A stretch of 64,000 nucleotides of DNA from Candidatus Limnocylindria bacterium (lineage in GTDB: Bacteria > Chloroflexota > Limnocylindria > P2-11E). The notes under the pieces were generated by a model. It saw only the letters and a list, made by a program, of their open reading frames with translations. It searched no databases and was not told where the DNA came from. Location: NCBI GenBank assembly GCA_036003765.1, contig DASYSC010000221.1, positions 2,969 to 66,968 on the forward strand. The letters run 5' to 3'. Shown here piece by piece: positions 38,053 to 47,598 of this stretch (its first letter is position 1; the number at the start of each line of letters is the position of its first letter). The position numbers and the translations under genes were made by a program.

Positions 38053-38721
38053 ATACCGTTCGTCGCCGTCGCGATCGCGTACCTCGCAGGATCGGTCTCG
38101 TTCCCGTACTGGATCGCGCGGGCGAAAGGCGTCGACCTTCGAGCGACCGGCTCGCAGAAGCTCGGCGGATCGAACCTCGCCCATGCGCTCACACCACTGC
38201 ATGGGATCGTCGGCGGCGTGCTCGACGGCGCGAAGGGCTTCGCCGCGGTCGTGATCGCGCGGATGCTCGGGCTACCGCTCGAGACACAGCTCCTCTGCGG
38301 GCTCGCCGCGATCGCCGGGCAGATGTGGCCCGTGTTCCATCAGTTCGACGGCGGCCGCGCGAACGCCACCGCATGGGGATTCCAGCTCGCGACAGACTGG
38401 ATCGCGTTCTTCATCGCGTGGATCCCGGTCATGGCTGCGGCCGCGTTTCGCGTCACCGTGCGGCCACGACCGAAACGGTTACTGCCGCTCGCCAACCTGC
38501 TTTCGTACGCGGTCTTCCCAGCGGTCATCTGGGAGCAGGAGGGTGTGACGCCGACCGTGCTTGCCGGTATCGCTGCGCTCGCGCTCGTGATCGCACGCCG
38601 TCTCACGGCGGGACTGCGCGAGGACCTCGCGACCGGCGCTCCGGCGGCGCGGGTCATCGTGAATCGCGCACTCTTCGATCGCAGCGAGCTGCAGGAGCGC
38701 GGGCTGGTGGCCATCACATGA
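38053..38721 (+). CDS. plsY: PlsY-family (acyl-phosphate:glycerol-3-phosphate acyltransferase-like) membrane protein, divergent; has no canonical start codon upstream of its conserved N-terminal motif
   Basis: After an in-frame TAG at 38026-38028 the frame encodes IPFVAVAIAYLAGSVSFPYWIARAKGVDLRATGSQKLGGSNL...LDGAKGFAAV...AGQMWPVFHQFDGGRANAT, which parallels PlsY motifs 1-3. The first ATG/GTG/TTG is a GTG at 38218. Candidate non-canonical starts are ATA 38053 and CTG codons. Only 42 bp separate this point from the divergent livG start. Confidence 0.45.
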   Translation: MPFVAVAIAYLAGSVSFPYWIARAKGVDLRATGSQKLGGSNLAHALTPLHGIVGGVLDGAKGFAAVVIARMLGLPLETQLLCGLAAIAGQMWPVFHQFDGGRANATAWGFQLATDWIAFFIAWIPVMAAAAFRVTVRPRPKRLLPLANLLSYAVFPAVIWEQEGVTPTVLAGIAALALVIARRLTAGLREDLATGAPAARVIVNRALFDRSELQERGLVAIT

Positions 38722-38734
38722 GGCTTTTAGCGAA

Positions 38735-39325
38735 GTGAGCCGGCTTCACGCGCTCACCGACGGCGTCTTCGCCATCGCCATGACTTTGCTCGTGCTCGAG
38801 CTGCACGTGCCTGACGTGGCTTCCACTGAGGACTTCATTGATGGGCTTGGGGCACTTGTCCCGAGCCTCTTCAGCTTCACGCTCTCTTTCGCCGTCCTCG
38901 GCGCCTATTGGCTCGGTACGGTCTGGAGCCTCGCACCGGTCCGGCACGTCGACCGCCCGCTGCTCCTTCTGAATCTGCTCACGCTCCTGTTCATCACGCT
39001 CGTCCCGTTCACGACCGCCGTGCTCGCCCGCTATCCGGACCAGCCCGGCGCGGTGATCCTGTATGGCATGCATCTCACGCTTCTCGGCCTGGCGCAATAC
39101 GCGAGCTGGGCGTACCTGAGGGCGAATCCACGGCTGCTGGAATCGCCCGTTACGCCGAGTGAGGCCGCGGCGAGGACGCGCCGGATCCTGTTCGGGCCGG
39201 TCGGGTTCGTCGCAGCGATGCTGGTCGCGCTGGTGAGCCCACGCGCCGGCTACGCGACGTTCTACATCGTGCTCTTGGCCTACATCTTCACTGCCGCCCG
39301 CGACCGCTCGATCATCAGCCGCTAG
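38735..39325 (+). CDS. DUF1211/TMEM175-family putative potassium channel
   Basis: DGVFAIAMTLLVLEL signature of the TMEM175 family; six TM helices; GTG start. Confidence 0.7.
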   Translation: MSRLHALTDGVFAIAMTLLVLELHVPDVASTEDFIDGLGALVPSLFSFTLSFAVLGAYWLGTVWSLAPVRHVDRPLLLLNLLTLLFITLVPFTTAVLARYPDQPGAVILYGMHLTLLGLAQYASWAYLRANPRLLESPVTPSEAAARTRRILFGPVGFVAAMLVALVSPRAGYATFYIVLLAYIFTAARDRSIISR

Positions 39326-39457
39326 TCACGCCTGCCTGCTTGCCTTCGTCAACATGCGTGACGGCATTACTTGACGTAATCAGTTGACCGGAAGAGACTC
39401 CCGCGATCGCTCGGCAAGTGTCCTGCCGGTCGAGCGAGCAGGGGGGAGGGCGCGGAG

Positions 39458-42151
39458 ATGATTCCGTTCGTCCAGTCGTTGCACGTGAGTCGCGCGGCTC
39501 GCTATGTCCTCATCGCAGTGGTCGCCTTCACGATCGGAGGTACGGGGATCGTCATCGGTGGCGGTCTCATCCCGAATCCCGACGGGACGATCTGGGGCTG
39601 CTACCAAGCGTCAAACGGCACTCTACGTCTGGTCGGCGGTCCCACCGAATGCAAGGGAGCCGAAGTGCCGATCCACTGGAATCAGACCGGACCCGCAGGC
39701 GCGACCGGAGCTCAGGGTCCGACCGGGGCACAAGGCCCGGCGGGACCAGCAGGTGCTACGGGCGCGCAAGGTGTGGCCGGACCACCAGGTGCCACGGGCT
39801 CGCCTGGCCCCGACGGCGCCACAGGTCCGACCGGAGCTCAAGGCGTCGCGGGACCAGCTGGTCCGGCGGGCCCGCAGGGCGTGGCTGGGCCGGCCGGTCC
39901 GAGTGGGCCACCCGGACCGGCGGGTCGCGACGGGACCCTCGGTGTTGTGACCATCAGTACCTCGGGCAATGTGGCGATGTGCCCGACCGGCAAGATCGCC
40001 CTCGGCGGCGGCGGCGCGACGACAGCGACCGGTTCGGCATTGTCGACGAGCGCGCCGGTCCTCGACGCCGACGGCCATGCCACGGGATGGACCGTGCAGC
40101 AGACCTCCGGAACGAGCGATGGGCTGACGGCGTACGTCATCTGCTCCGAGGGAGCGGCGCTCACACCGCCGGTCCAGGCCCTCGCGCCGAACAACCTCGC
40201 GGCGACGATCGGCGACTTCGACGCCGGCGGTCAGCAGAACGACGCGCGCCTGATGTTCACGGCCCCGACCGGGAACACGATCAATTCGTACAGCGTCCAG
40301 CGGTCGTTCCTTGGCTCGTCAACCCCGGCCTCTGCGACGAACTGCACGTTGGGAGCCGCTGCGCCCTCGGGTAGCGATGGCTCCGGGTCTCCCGCGGGGG
40401 GGACGTTCACCACGGCCGGGACCGTGACGGCGACAGCCGGCGCGGCCGCGACATTCACCGACGCCAACCTCGCGACCGGCGGCTACTGCTATCGCATTCG
40501 GGCGCAGCATCCGACCTCGGGCGCCCCCAGCTTCTCGAACTACGCCGCGGCAAACGTCGGCCCGGCGACGCCGTCGCTCACGGTGGTGCAGGACTTCGCG
40601 ACCGACGCGGCGAACACGGCCAGCGCGGCCGTTCCCGGGACCGGCCAGCACACCTTCGCGTTCCACGCGACCGCGCTCACTGGGACGTTGAGCTTCGCGG
40701 TCATCGCGTCGGCGAACACGAACCGGAACGCTGACGGCACGTATGGCTTCTGCGACACGAACGGCGATCGGACCGCAGACGGCATCGGCTTCGGCAGCAG
40801 CTTCGTCGTCGCGGTCAACGGCTCGGCCATCACACCGGCTCCCGTCATACGTAACGTCGCTATTCCCGCAGACGGGAACATCAACGTCGTCATCGACAGC
40901 GCCACCAGGAATCAGCGGGTGCGCGCGATCGGATGGCAGGATTTGAACGGCAACGGTCAGATCGATCTCGCCGCGACGGGCGACATCAACTGCGATGCGT
41001 TCACGCCCTACGACTCCGCGGCCGACGGGCTTATCGCCGTCTCCGGCCGCAAGTTCTTCACGGGCCCGGAGGCGACCCTCGGATCGCAGTTCGGTGGCGC
41101 ATGCGCACCGATCTTCCGCCACTCACGCCTGCTCGAGATGTTCACCGCGGGCACCACGAGCGCCACGAGCAATCGCTTCAACTACGACGCGGGCGACCTG
41201 TTCCGGATCTCGGGCGCGCTCGTGACCTTCGATCAGTTCAGGAACTCGGTGACGGCAAGCATTTCGGGCGCTGGCGACACGATCGCGATCAACTACTCGC
41301 CCGGCGGCGTGTCCGAATTCAACATCTGCTTCAACGCCGGCTCCTCCGCTCCGACCGACCTGAGCGCGGCGGTCGGTAACTTCGACGCCGGAACCACAGC
41401 GGAAGACGTCCGCCTGACATTCACCGCGCCAGCCACCAACGTAATCACGCAGTACGAACTCCAGCGTGCTCCGGCTGGCGGAGTAGCCGGCGCCTTCAAC
41501 TGCAACCTGAACGCGGCAGCTCCGCAGACGAGCGACTCGACAGGAGTGCCCGTCGGTTCGGCGTTCAGCTCGCTCCAAACGGTGACCCAACAGGCGGGTA
41601 AGACGGCCATCGCTTTCGACCTCAACCTGGCGAATGGGGGGTACTGCTACCGGATCCGTACGCAGGATCCGATCACCTTGACGTTCAGCTTCTCGAATTA
41701 CGTGCCCGTGAACATCCCGGGCGTGGCTGACACCCTTCCGCCCACGTCGACCTCCGCACGACTCGACTTTTCGTCGGGCTTCGCCAACGCCCTCGACGCG
41801 GGCGACAGGCTTGTCTTCGATTTCAGCGAGCAGATGGTGGTCCAGCCCAACGCGAATATCCAGTTCACCGACAGCGACTGCGGCCCGGCGACCAACGCCG
41901 GTCCGGCGACATGCGCCGGCGGCGTAACGAACACCGTGTCGAATGTCATTTGCGGGTTGAACGCGACTTGTACCCTGTCCACCGGCAATACCCAGCTCAT
42001 CGTGACGTTGACAAGTAATCCATCAATCGTGGCGGCGGGGTCGGTCGCGGGTACCCAGTTCCCGGTCGTCATTACCGATAGCTCGGGCATCACCGATCTC
42101 AGCTCAAATGTGTGGAATCTGGCTGGATCTTTCGATCGTCTGATCCCATGA
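39458..42151 (+). CDS. Membrane-anchored bacterial collagen-like protein with an 84-aa Gly-X-Y triple-helix region and a large C-terminal beta-rich region containing two FN3-like repeats
   Basis: N-terminal TM helix (aa 15-37). 28 uninterrupted G-X-Y triplets ([22 protein letters not shown]...GPAGRDG) at aa 78-161. Two repeats end in LA(T/N)GGYCYRIR(A/T)Q(H/D)P, an FN3 tyrosine-corner-like motif. Many Cys residues. Confidence 0.7.
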   Translation: MIPFVQSLHVSRAARYVLIAVVAFTIGGTGIVIGGGLIPNPDGTIWGCYQASNGTLRLVGGPTECKGAEVPIHWNQTGPAGATGAQGPTGAQGPAGPAGATGAQGVAGPPGATGSPGPDGATGPTGAQGVAGPAGPAGPQGVAGPAGPSGPPGPAGRDGTLGVVTISTSGNVAMCPTGKIALGGGGATTATGSALSTSAPVLDADGHATGWTVQQTSGTSDGLTAYVICSEGAALTPPVQALAPNNLAATIGDFDAGGQQNDARLMFTAPTGNTINSYSVQRSFLGSSTPASATNCTLGAAAPSGSDGSGSPAGGTFTTAGTVTATAGAAATFTDANLATGGYCYRIRAQHPTSGAPSFSNYAAANVGPATPSLTVVQDFATDAANTASAAVPGTGQHTFAFHATALTGTLSFAVIASANTNRNADGTYGFCDTNGDRTADGIGFGSSFVVAVNGSAITPAPVIRNVAIPADGNINVVIDSATRNQRVRAIGWQDLNGNGQIDLAATGDINCDAFTPYDSAADGLIAVSGRKFFTGPEATLGSQFGGACAPIFRHSRLLEMFTAGTTSATSNRFNYDAGDLFRISGALVTFDQFRNSVTASISGAGDTIAINYSPGGVSEFNICFNAGSSAPTDLSAAVGNFDAGTTAEDVRLTFTAPATNVITQYELQRAPAGGVAGAFNCNLNAAAPQTSDSTGVPVGSAFSSLQTVTQQAGKTAIAFDLNLANGGYCYRIRTQDPITLTFSFSNYVPVNIPGVADTLPPTSTSARLDFSSGFANALDAGDRLVFDFSEQMVVQPNANIQFTDSDCGPATNAGPATCAGGVTNTVSNVICGLNATCTLSTGNTQLIVTLTSNPSIVAAGSVAGTQFPVVITDSSGITDLSSNVWNLAGSFDRLIP
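39689..39943 (+). repeat. Intragenic 9-bp-unit tandem repeat (GGN CCN NNN) encoding the collagen Gly-X-Y triplets
   Basis: Seen in the sequence. It is coding, not a CRISPR array (no spacer structure). Confidence 0.8.
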
Positions 42152-42170
42152 GGCTAGCGGCTCTTCGAGA

Positions 42171-42202
42171 GGGACCGGGACCGTAGGGTCCCGGTCCTTT
42201 CT
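42171..42202. terminator. Bidirectional intrinsic terminator between the convergent collagen-like gene and rsmE (GGGACCGGGACC-GTAG-GGTCCCGGTCC-TTTCT)
   Basis: A perfect 11-bp stem with A/T-rich flanks on both sides. Confidence 0.75.
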
Positions 42203-42902
42203 ATCGGTCGAGTGCGGCTATGACCTGCGCGACCGCCGCGATCGCGGCCGTCTCACTCCGAAGATTGCGCGAACCGAGCGACACCGTGACCGCGCCGCGC
42301 TCGCGGGCGAATTCGATCTCGTCCGGGCCGATGCCGCCCTCCGGTCCGATCACGAGGCTGAGGTCGCTCCGCGGGACCGCGTCCTGCAGCCGTCGCAGCG
42401 CCTCGCCCTCCCACGCGATGAGCGCGCCCTTGGGCAGCACATCGAAGAGCCTCTCCCACTCGCGCGGCTCTTCGATCCACGGGACCCGCCCTCGGCGCGC
42501 CGTCTCCGCGGATTCGCGCGCGATGCGCTGCCAGCGCTCGCGTTTCGCCGGGCTGAACGACCGCACGACCGAACGCGCCGAAACGAACGGCACGATCGTG
42601 TGGACGCCGAGCTGGGTGACCGCCTCGACGACCTCCTCGTCGTGGTCGCCCTTGAGCAGCGGAAGCGCTAGCGTCAGGTCGAACGGCAGCTCCGCCTGAG
42701 ATGCGCAGCGCTGGATTACGCGGCCGCGCGTCTCGCGATCGTCGACGTCTTGCAGCTCCACTGACGCCTCGATCCCGTTGCGGACGAGGACGATCACCTC
42801 GCCCGGCCGGAGGCGGAGGACGTTCGCGATCTGATGCGCCCGTTCCCCGCGCAGCACCGGAGTGTCCGAGATCTCGTCATCGACGAAGAAGCGATGGGTC
42901 AC
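42201..42902 (-). CDS. rsmE: 16S rRNA (uracil1498-N3)-methyltransferase RsmE
   Basis: RsmE/YggJ pattern (SPOUT C-terminal domain with GPEGG). Confidence 0.8.
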   Translation of the reverse strand: MTHRFFVDDEISDTPVLRGERAHQIANVLRLRPGEVIVLVRNGIEASVELQDVDDRETRGRVIQRCASQAELPFDLTLALPLLKGDHDEEVVEAVTQLGVHTIVPFVSARSVVRSFSPAKRERWQRIARESAETARRGRVPWIEEPREWERLFDVLPKGALIAWEGEALRRLQDAVPRSDLSLVIGPEGGIGPDEIEFARERGAVTVSLGSRNLRSETAAIAAVAQVIAALDR

Positions 42903-43795
42903 GCGGTCAGGATGAGGCGGACCCAGTCCGCGCGCACCTTGCGGTCCACGACCCCGAGACCTTGCGCCGAGAACACGGCGACCACGTCGGGCTCGGCCTC
43001 AGTCGTGATGCCTGCCGCGACGAGTGACCCCGAGATCCGAAGCCGGGCACGCAGATGCGGCGCGATCTGTTCCAGGACCGATCCGACGAGATTCGCTAGG
43101 ACCACGTCAAAAGCACCGTCCACGTCCGCCGCCGATCCGGCATGCACTTCGACGCGAACCTCGTTGCCTTTCGCGTTCTCTGTCGCCGCGCTCACCGCGA
43201 GGGGGTCCGTGTCGACGGCGACGACTTCGCGCGCCCCGCGCTTCGCGGCCGCGATCGCGAGTATCCCCGACCCAGTCCCGACGTCGAGCACGCGCACGCC
43301 GTCGAGCCGCAGCTGCGAGAGCGCCTCGAGGCACTGCTGCGTTGTCGGATGCAGGCCGGTACCGAACGCCATCCCCGGGTCAAGGGCGAGCGTGATCGCG
43401 CCATCGTCACGCGCGTCGGACCACGTCGGACGGACGAGGAACGCACCGACCCGTATCGGTGTGACCGACGCCTTCCAGGCCTCGAGCCAGTCCGCGTCGT
43501 CAACCTGACGCACCGCGAGCTCGCCGATCGGACCGAGGTCGAAGGCCTGGAGATGTCCGAGCGCGTCGCGGACGTCGGACACCTTCGCGAAGGCTTCCGC
43601 GTCCTCCACCAGATACGCCTTCACGGTGTGATCGGCGCCGCCGCGTGAATCGAGGGGCAACTCGACCGCGATGCCGTTGTGACCGAAGCGGCTCAGGATC
43701 TCGCTCACCGCTTCGACAGCTTCGGCGTGAGCCGGGACCGCGATCTCGAGCCAGCGGAGTCGAGCGCCCCCCGTGCTAGCTGCCGCCCATCGCAT
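42899..43795 (-). CDS. prmA: Ribosomal protein L11 methyltransferase PrmA (start may be a few codons downstream)
   Basis: LDVGTGSGILAIAAAKRGA SAM motif; conserved dnaJ-prmA-rsmE arrangement. Confidence 0.85.
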   Translation of the reverse strand: MRWAAASTGGARLRWLEIAVPAHAEAVEAVSEILSRFGHNGIAVELPLDSRGGADHTVKAYLVEDAEAFAKVSDVRDALGHLQAFDLGPIGELAVRQVDDADWLEAWKASVTPIRVGAFLVRPTWSDARDDGAITLALDPGMAFGTGLHPTTQQCLEALSQLRLDGVRVLDVGTGSGILAIAAAKRGAREVVAVDTDPLAVSAATENAKGNEVRVEVHAGSAADVDGAFDVVLANLVGSVLEQIAPHLRARLRISGSLVAAGITTEAEPDVVAVFSAQGLGVVDRKVRADWVRLILTA

Positions 43796-44876
43796 CTTTG
43801 ATGCGCCCGAAGAAGTCCTGATCGCCGTCCTGCGAGGTCGGCTCCTCGATGTCGCGGAGCTGCGTGTAGAGGCGCCGTTGCTCCTTGGTCAGCGTCCGCG
43901 GCACGACCACGTCGAGGTAGACGAGCTGATCGCCGCGGCCCGAGCTCCCAAGGTGCGGAACGCCTTTCCCGCGCACGCGGACCATCTGTCCGTTCTGCGC
44001 GCCGGCGGGGATGTGCACCTTCGCGTCGCCACCCTCGATGGTCGGGACGTTGATCTCAGCGCCGAGCGCGGCCTGCGCCGGCGAGATGCGTGCGAGGTGC
44101 ACGAGGTCGTCGCCCTCACGGCGGAAGAGCTGATGCTCCTTGAGGCGGATGAGCACGTAGAGGTCGCCGGTCGGTCCGCCACGCATCCCGGCCTCGCCTT
44201 CGCCGGCGACGCGAAGCTGCTGACCGTCGTCGATGCCCGCCGGGATTGTGAGCGTGATCTGGCGGTCCTTGCGCTCGCGGCCCTCGCCGCGGCAGCGCGT
44301 GCAGACCTTGTCGACCGTCTTGCCGGCGCCCCCGCACCGCGGGCACGTCGACACGTTGACGAACCGGCCGAAGACCGACTGCTGCACCTGCCGGATCTCG
44401 CCGCGCCCGTTGCAGGTGCCGCAGGTCGAGATCGACGAGCCGGGCTCGGCGCCCGACCCGTTGCACCGCTCGCACGTCTCGAGTCGTGGGACGGTGATGA
44501 TCCGCTCACGACCTTGGACCGCATCGAGGATGTCGATCTCGATCTCCATACGCAGGTCCGCGCCGCGCATCGGCCCGCGCGGCTCGCGGCGCCGGAGGTC
44601 GCCACCGAAGAACGTCTCGAAGAGATCGCCGATCCCGAAGTCGCCAAAGCCGCCGGTCGTCGAACCGAACATGTCGTAGCGCTGACGCCGCTGTGGGTCG
44701 GTCAGCACCTCGTACGCCTCGGTGATCTGCTTGAACCGCTCCGCAGCGTCAGGCGCCCCGTTCACGTCGGGGTGGTACTGGCGGGCGAGCTTGCGGTAGG
44801 CGCTGCGGATCTGTTCGTCCGTCGCGCCCCGCGGGACGCCCAGTAGCGCGTAGTAGTCAGCTGTCGTCGCCATCAC
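43776..44876 (-). CDS. dnaJ: Molecular chaperone DnaJ
   Basis: J domain (HPD), G/F region, four CxxCxGxG zinc-finger repeats. Confidence 0.95.
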   Translation of the reverse strand: MMATTADYYALLGVPRGATDEQIRSAYRKLARQYHPDVNGAPDAAERFKQITEAYEVLTDPQRRQRYDMFGSTTGGFGDFGIGDLFETFFGGDLRRREPRGPMRGADLRMEIEIDILDAVQGRERIITVPRLETCERCNGSGAEPGSSISTCGTCNGRGEIRQVQQSVFGRFVNVSTCPRCGGAGKTVDKVCTRCRGEGRERKDRQITLTIPAGIDDGQQLRVAGEGEAGMRGGPTGDLYVLIRLKEHQLFRREGDDLVHLARISPAQAALGAEINVPTIEGGDAKVHIPAGAQNGQMVRVRGKGVPHLGSSGRGDQLVYLDVVVPRTLTKEQRRLYTQLRDIEEPTSQDGDQDFFGRIKDAMGGS

Positions 44877-44894
44877 CTGTCATTATCCCGGCCG

Positions 44895-45398
44895 ATGGAC
44901 GTGCTCCTCCGTATCGCCGTGCAGTGGCTGCACGTCACGGCTGGTGTCCTCTGGATCGGTGGCGGCTTCTACACGATCTTGGTACAGCTCCCCGCGCTGC
45001 TCGCGACGCCGCCCGCGGCGCGCGGGGCGGTCATGCCGAGCCTCGTCCCGCGCCAGTTCAACTACATCCTGCGGGTCGCCGAGCTCACGATCGTCACGGG
45101 CTTGCTCAATCTCTTCGTCTCCGGTCGGGGTCAGGAGCTCACGCGGCTGGACACCCGCTGGTCGTGGGCCATCCTCGCCGGGATCATCCTCGCGGTCGGG
45201 ATATACGCGGTGACGCGCGCGACGGTCGTGCGTTGGGCGTACCGCATGCTCGAGGTCGGCCCGCGCGCCGCGGGCGGCGATACGACAGCTGCGGCGGAGA
45301 TGGCGGCGATCGGCGCCCGCATCCGGCGTTTCGGGTACTTCCAGCTCGCTGTGGGCGCGCTGATTCTTCTGGCGATGGTGAGCGCCCGGTTCAGCTAA
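44895..45398 (+). CDS. Hypothetical integral membrane protein (4 TM), possibly CopD-like
   Basis: Hydrophobic profile only. Just 18 bp separate it from the divergent dnaJ start. Confidence 0.45.
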   Translation: MDVLLRIAVQWLHVTAGVLWIGGGFYTILVQLPALLATPPAARGAVMPSLVPRQFNYILRVAELTIVTGLLNLFVSGRGQELTRLDTRWSWAILAGIILAVGIYAVTRATVVRWAYRMLEVGPRAAGGDTTAAAEMAAIGARIRRFGYFQLAVGALILLAMVSARFS

Positions 45399-45518
45399 GT
45401 GGAAGAGTTCCGGAGACTCTTCCACCAGTGAAATAGTCCTTCCGGCGGCCGCCGGGAACCTCCTAGCGCTGCTGGCGTCTTACCGGCATCCCCGGCGTTG
45501 GCCGGAAAGGAGGCTGGT

Positions 45519-46547
45519 ATGCGACGGGTCCTCGCGGGCCTTGCCGCGGTGGTCGCGGCGCTCATCGGTACGGCGCAGCCGGCCGCAGCCTGTGCGGGCC
45601 TCATCGGCCCCAACGGCGCGGTCAACCTGCTCCGCACCTCCACGTTCGCGGGCTATCACGACGGCGTCGAGCACTACGTCACCGCGTTCAAGTTCGCCGG
45701 CGGTTCCGGCCAGTTCGGCTCCCTCATCCCGCTCCCCGGCATCCCGAGCTCAGTCGAAAAGGGCGGCGATTGGACCCTGCAGCGACTCATTCGCGAAACG
45801 ACTCCTCCAAGGCCGGAGTTGCTTCGCTCCGCCTTCGGGGCGACGGCCGCCGCCGACGCGCAGGTCATCCTCCAGGTCCGCATCGACGCGCTCGACATCA
45901 CCGTCCTGAAGGGCGGCGGTGCCGAGGTCGGCCGCTGGGCCACCGATCACGGCTTCCGTCTTCCCCCGGCCGCACCGGAGGTCCTCGACTTCTACGCGGC
46001 GCGCAGCCCGATCTTCCTCGCGGCGATCTTCGACGCAGACGCGGCTAAGGCGCGCGGTCAGCGGATCGGCGACGGCACGCCCGTGCACGTGACCATCCCC
46101 ACCGCGAACCCGTGGGTCCCCCTCCGCATCCTCGGACTCGGCAAGAACGCCGAAGACCGCATCGACGCGGACGTCTATCTGCTCACGGACCAGCGCCCCG
46201 CGCTCCTTCCCTACCCGTTCGCGAACGGCATGCGTCTCGACCACAGCGCGCCGGCGACGGTGTCGCTGCTCAACGACCTGCGCTCGGACAAGGGCATGGA
46301 CTGGATCCCGCAGTCCGGGTGGCTCACAAAGGTCGCGATCGAGGCGTCCGCGAGCCAGCTCACCTACGACCTCGCGGTCGACACCAAGGGCGCAAGCCCG
46401 TCGCGCGTCGCCGCGGGACTTGAAGCGCCTCCAAGCGCACCCGCTCCTTCGAAGCCCAACGCGGACACGGTCGCGCTCGTCGGCATCGCACTCGCCGCGC
46501 TCGGCGCCATCGTGTTGCTGCGCCGGTCGCAGACGGTCTCGGCGTGA
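45519..46547 (+). CDS. Secreted protein with a C-terminal membrane anchor, function unknown (DUF2330-like organisation)
   Basis: GGAGG RBS. Signal peptide MRRVLAGLAAVVAALIGTAQPAAA and a C-terminal TM (VALVGIALAALGAIVLL). Confidence 0.55.
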   Translation: MRRVLAGLAAVVAALIGTAQPAAACAGLIGPNGAVNLLRTSTFAGYHDGVEHYVTAFKFAGGSGQFGSLIPLPGIPSSVEKGGDWTLQRLIRETTPPRPELLRSAFGATAAADAQVILQVRIDALDITVLKGGGAEVGRWATDHGFRLPPAAPEVLDFYAARSPIFLAAIFDADAAKARGQRIGDGTPVHVTIPTANPWVPLRILGLGKNAEDRIDADVYLLTDQRPALLPYPFANGMRLDHSAPATVSLLNDLRSDKGMDWIPQSGWLTKVAIEASASQLTYDLAVDTKGASPSRVAAGLEAPPSAPAPSKPNADTVALVGIALAALGAIVLLRRSQTVSA

Positions 46548-46948
46548 TCGTTCGCACGTTCGTCGCGCTGGCGCTCGCCGCATTCGCGGCGGACGCCTGC
46601 GCGCCAGCCAACGCCGCGCTCCCGACGCACATCGGGATCCGCATCCACTACTCGCGCTTCGAGCCGACGAAGATCGAGGTCCCGATGGGCGTGCCGGTCA
46701 CGTTCACGCTCGTCAACGACGATCCCATCGACCACGAGTGGCTCATCGGCGACGAGGCCTTCCACGCGCGTCACCGCACGGGCACCGAGGCCGTTCACGG
46801 TGACCGTCCGAACGAAGTCTCGCTCGCGCCCTTCGCCACGAAGACGACGACGCTGACGTTCGACAAGCCCGGCGCGCTCACCTTCATCTGCCACTTTCCG
46901 CAGCACGAGGCCTACGGAATGGTCGGCGTCGTGACGGTCAGGCCTTAA
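46544..46948 (+). CDS. Cupredoxin (type-1 blue copper) domain protein
   Basis: Signal peptide. Copper-ligand set H (DHEW)...C-x4-H-x4-M (ICHFPQHEAYGM). GTGA overlap with the upstream gene. Confidence 0.7.
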   Translation: MIVRTFVALALAAFAADACAPANAALPTHIGIRIHYSRFEPTKIEVPMGVPVTFTLVNDDPIDHEWLIGDEAFHARHRTGTEAVHGDRPNEVSLAPFATKTTTLTFDKPGALTFICHFPQHEAYGMVGVVTVRP

Positions 46949-47189
46949 TCGCCGATGAACCGATGTAGCGGTGCTGCGTACTCGCCACCCGTGATACGAG
47001 CGCCTCGACTCGTTCGAGGAATGCGACATCCTCGGCGATCGATGGGTGAGCACGGAGCAGCTGGATCTCTCCTAGTAGCTCGGCGCATGCCTTGTAATTG
47101 AAACGAGTGTCGTCGAACGGATCGACCTGGCCCAGGTTGGGCAAACGCTCATCTGGCACAAGCGGAGTGAGTCGCTTCCAGAAATCCAT
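46938..47189 (-). CDS. Hypothetical protein (83 aa)
   Basis: ORF with a GAAGG upstream. No recognisable motifs. Confidence 0.3.
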   Translation of the reverse strand: MDFWKRLTPLVPDERLPNLGQVDPFDDTRFNYKACAELLGEIQLLRAHPSIAEDVAFLERVEALVSRVASTQHRYIGSSAIKA

Positions 47190-47278
47190 CGGCTCCAGAC
47201 CTTCTCGAGGAACGCGCCGCTCCAGTCCCGCAGCTCGAGGTGAACGCTCTGGGTCCCTGTGATCGGAAGAGCCACGAT

Positions 47279-47476
47279 CTAGAGAGCTGGCCGCTCCTCG
47301 AGGCGCGCGTAGCGCGCAGGTTCGGCGATGAAGGCGGCGCGGCAGGCCTTGCTGCAGAAGACGTACCGATGTCCGGCGTGCTCGCTCTCAAGCCCGAGAT
47401 CGTGCGCCTGCTCCGGATCGATCTCCATCTCGCAGACCGGGTCGATTTCGTCGATGGGCTCGGGTTCGTACGGCAT
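47279..47476 (-). CDS. YHS-domain (TRASH-like) metal-binding protein
   Basis: DPVCEMEID...YVFCSKACRAAFIAEPARY is the YHS consensus. GGGGAGG RBS. Confidence 0.7.
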   Translation of the reverse strand: MPYEPEPIDEIDPVCEMEIDPEQAHDLGLESEHAGHRYVFCSKACRAAFIAEPARYARLEERPAL

Positions 47477-47492
47477 CGCGCACCTCCCCTAG

Positions 47493-47544
47493 ACGAAAAG
47501 CGGCGCGTCACCGAGCGAGACCGAGCTCGCTCCGTGCCGCGCCG
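47493..47544 (-). terminator. Intrinsic terminator of the hrcA-grpE-dnaK operon (GCGGCGCG...CGCGCCGC with a nested GAGCGAG/CTCGCTC stem, then CUUUUCG)
   Basis: Seen in the sequence on the minus strand, 55 nt after the dnaK stop. Confidence 0.65.
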
Positions 47545-47598
47545 CCATTCTGCAGCACCGATGCCGGTGGTTTCGAAGCGGGCAGAGCCCCCTTCGAC

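Noticed and set aside
38037-38738. 233-aa plus-strand ORF over the plsY-like region
   Set aside because: It is an Arg-rich alternate frame. The PlsY-like motifs are in the neighbouring frame.
39689-39943. Tandem GGN-rich repeats, considered as a possible CRISPR array or VNTR
   Set aside because: The 9-bp periodicity encodes collagen Gly-X-Y triplets inside a long ORF. There is no repeat-spacer architecture and no cas genes.
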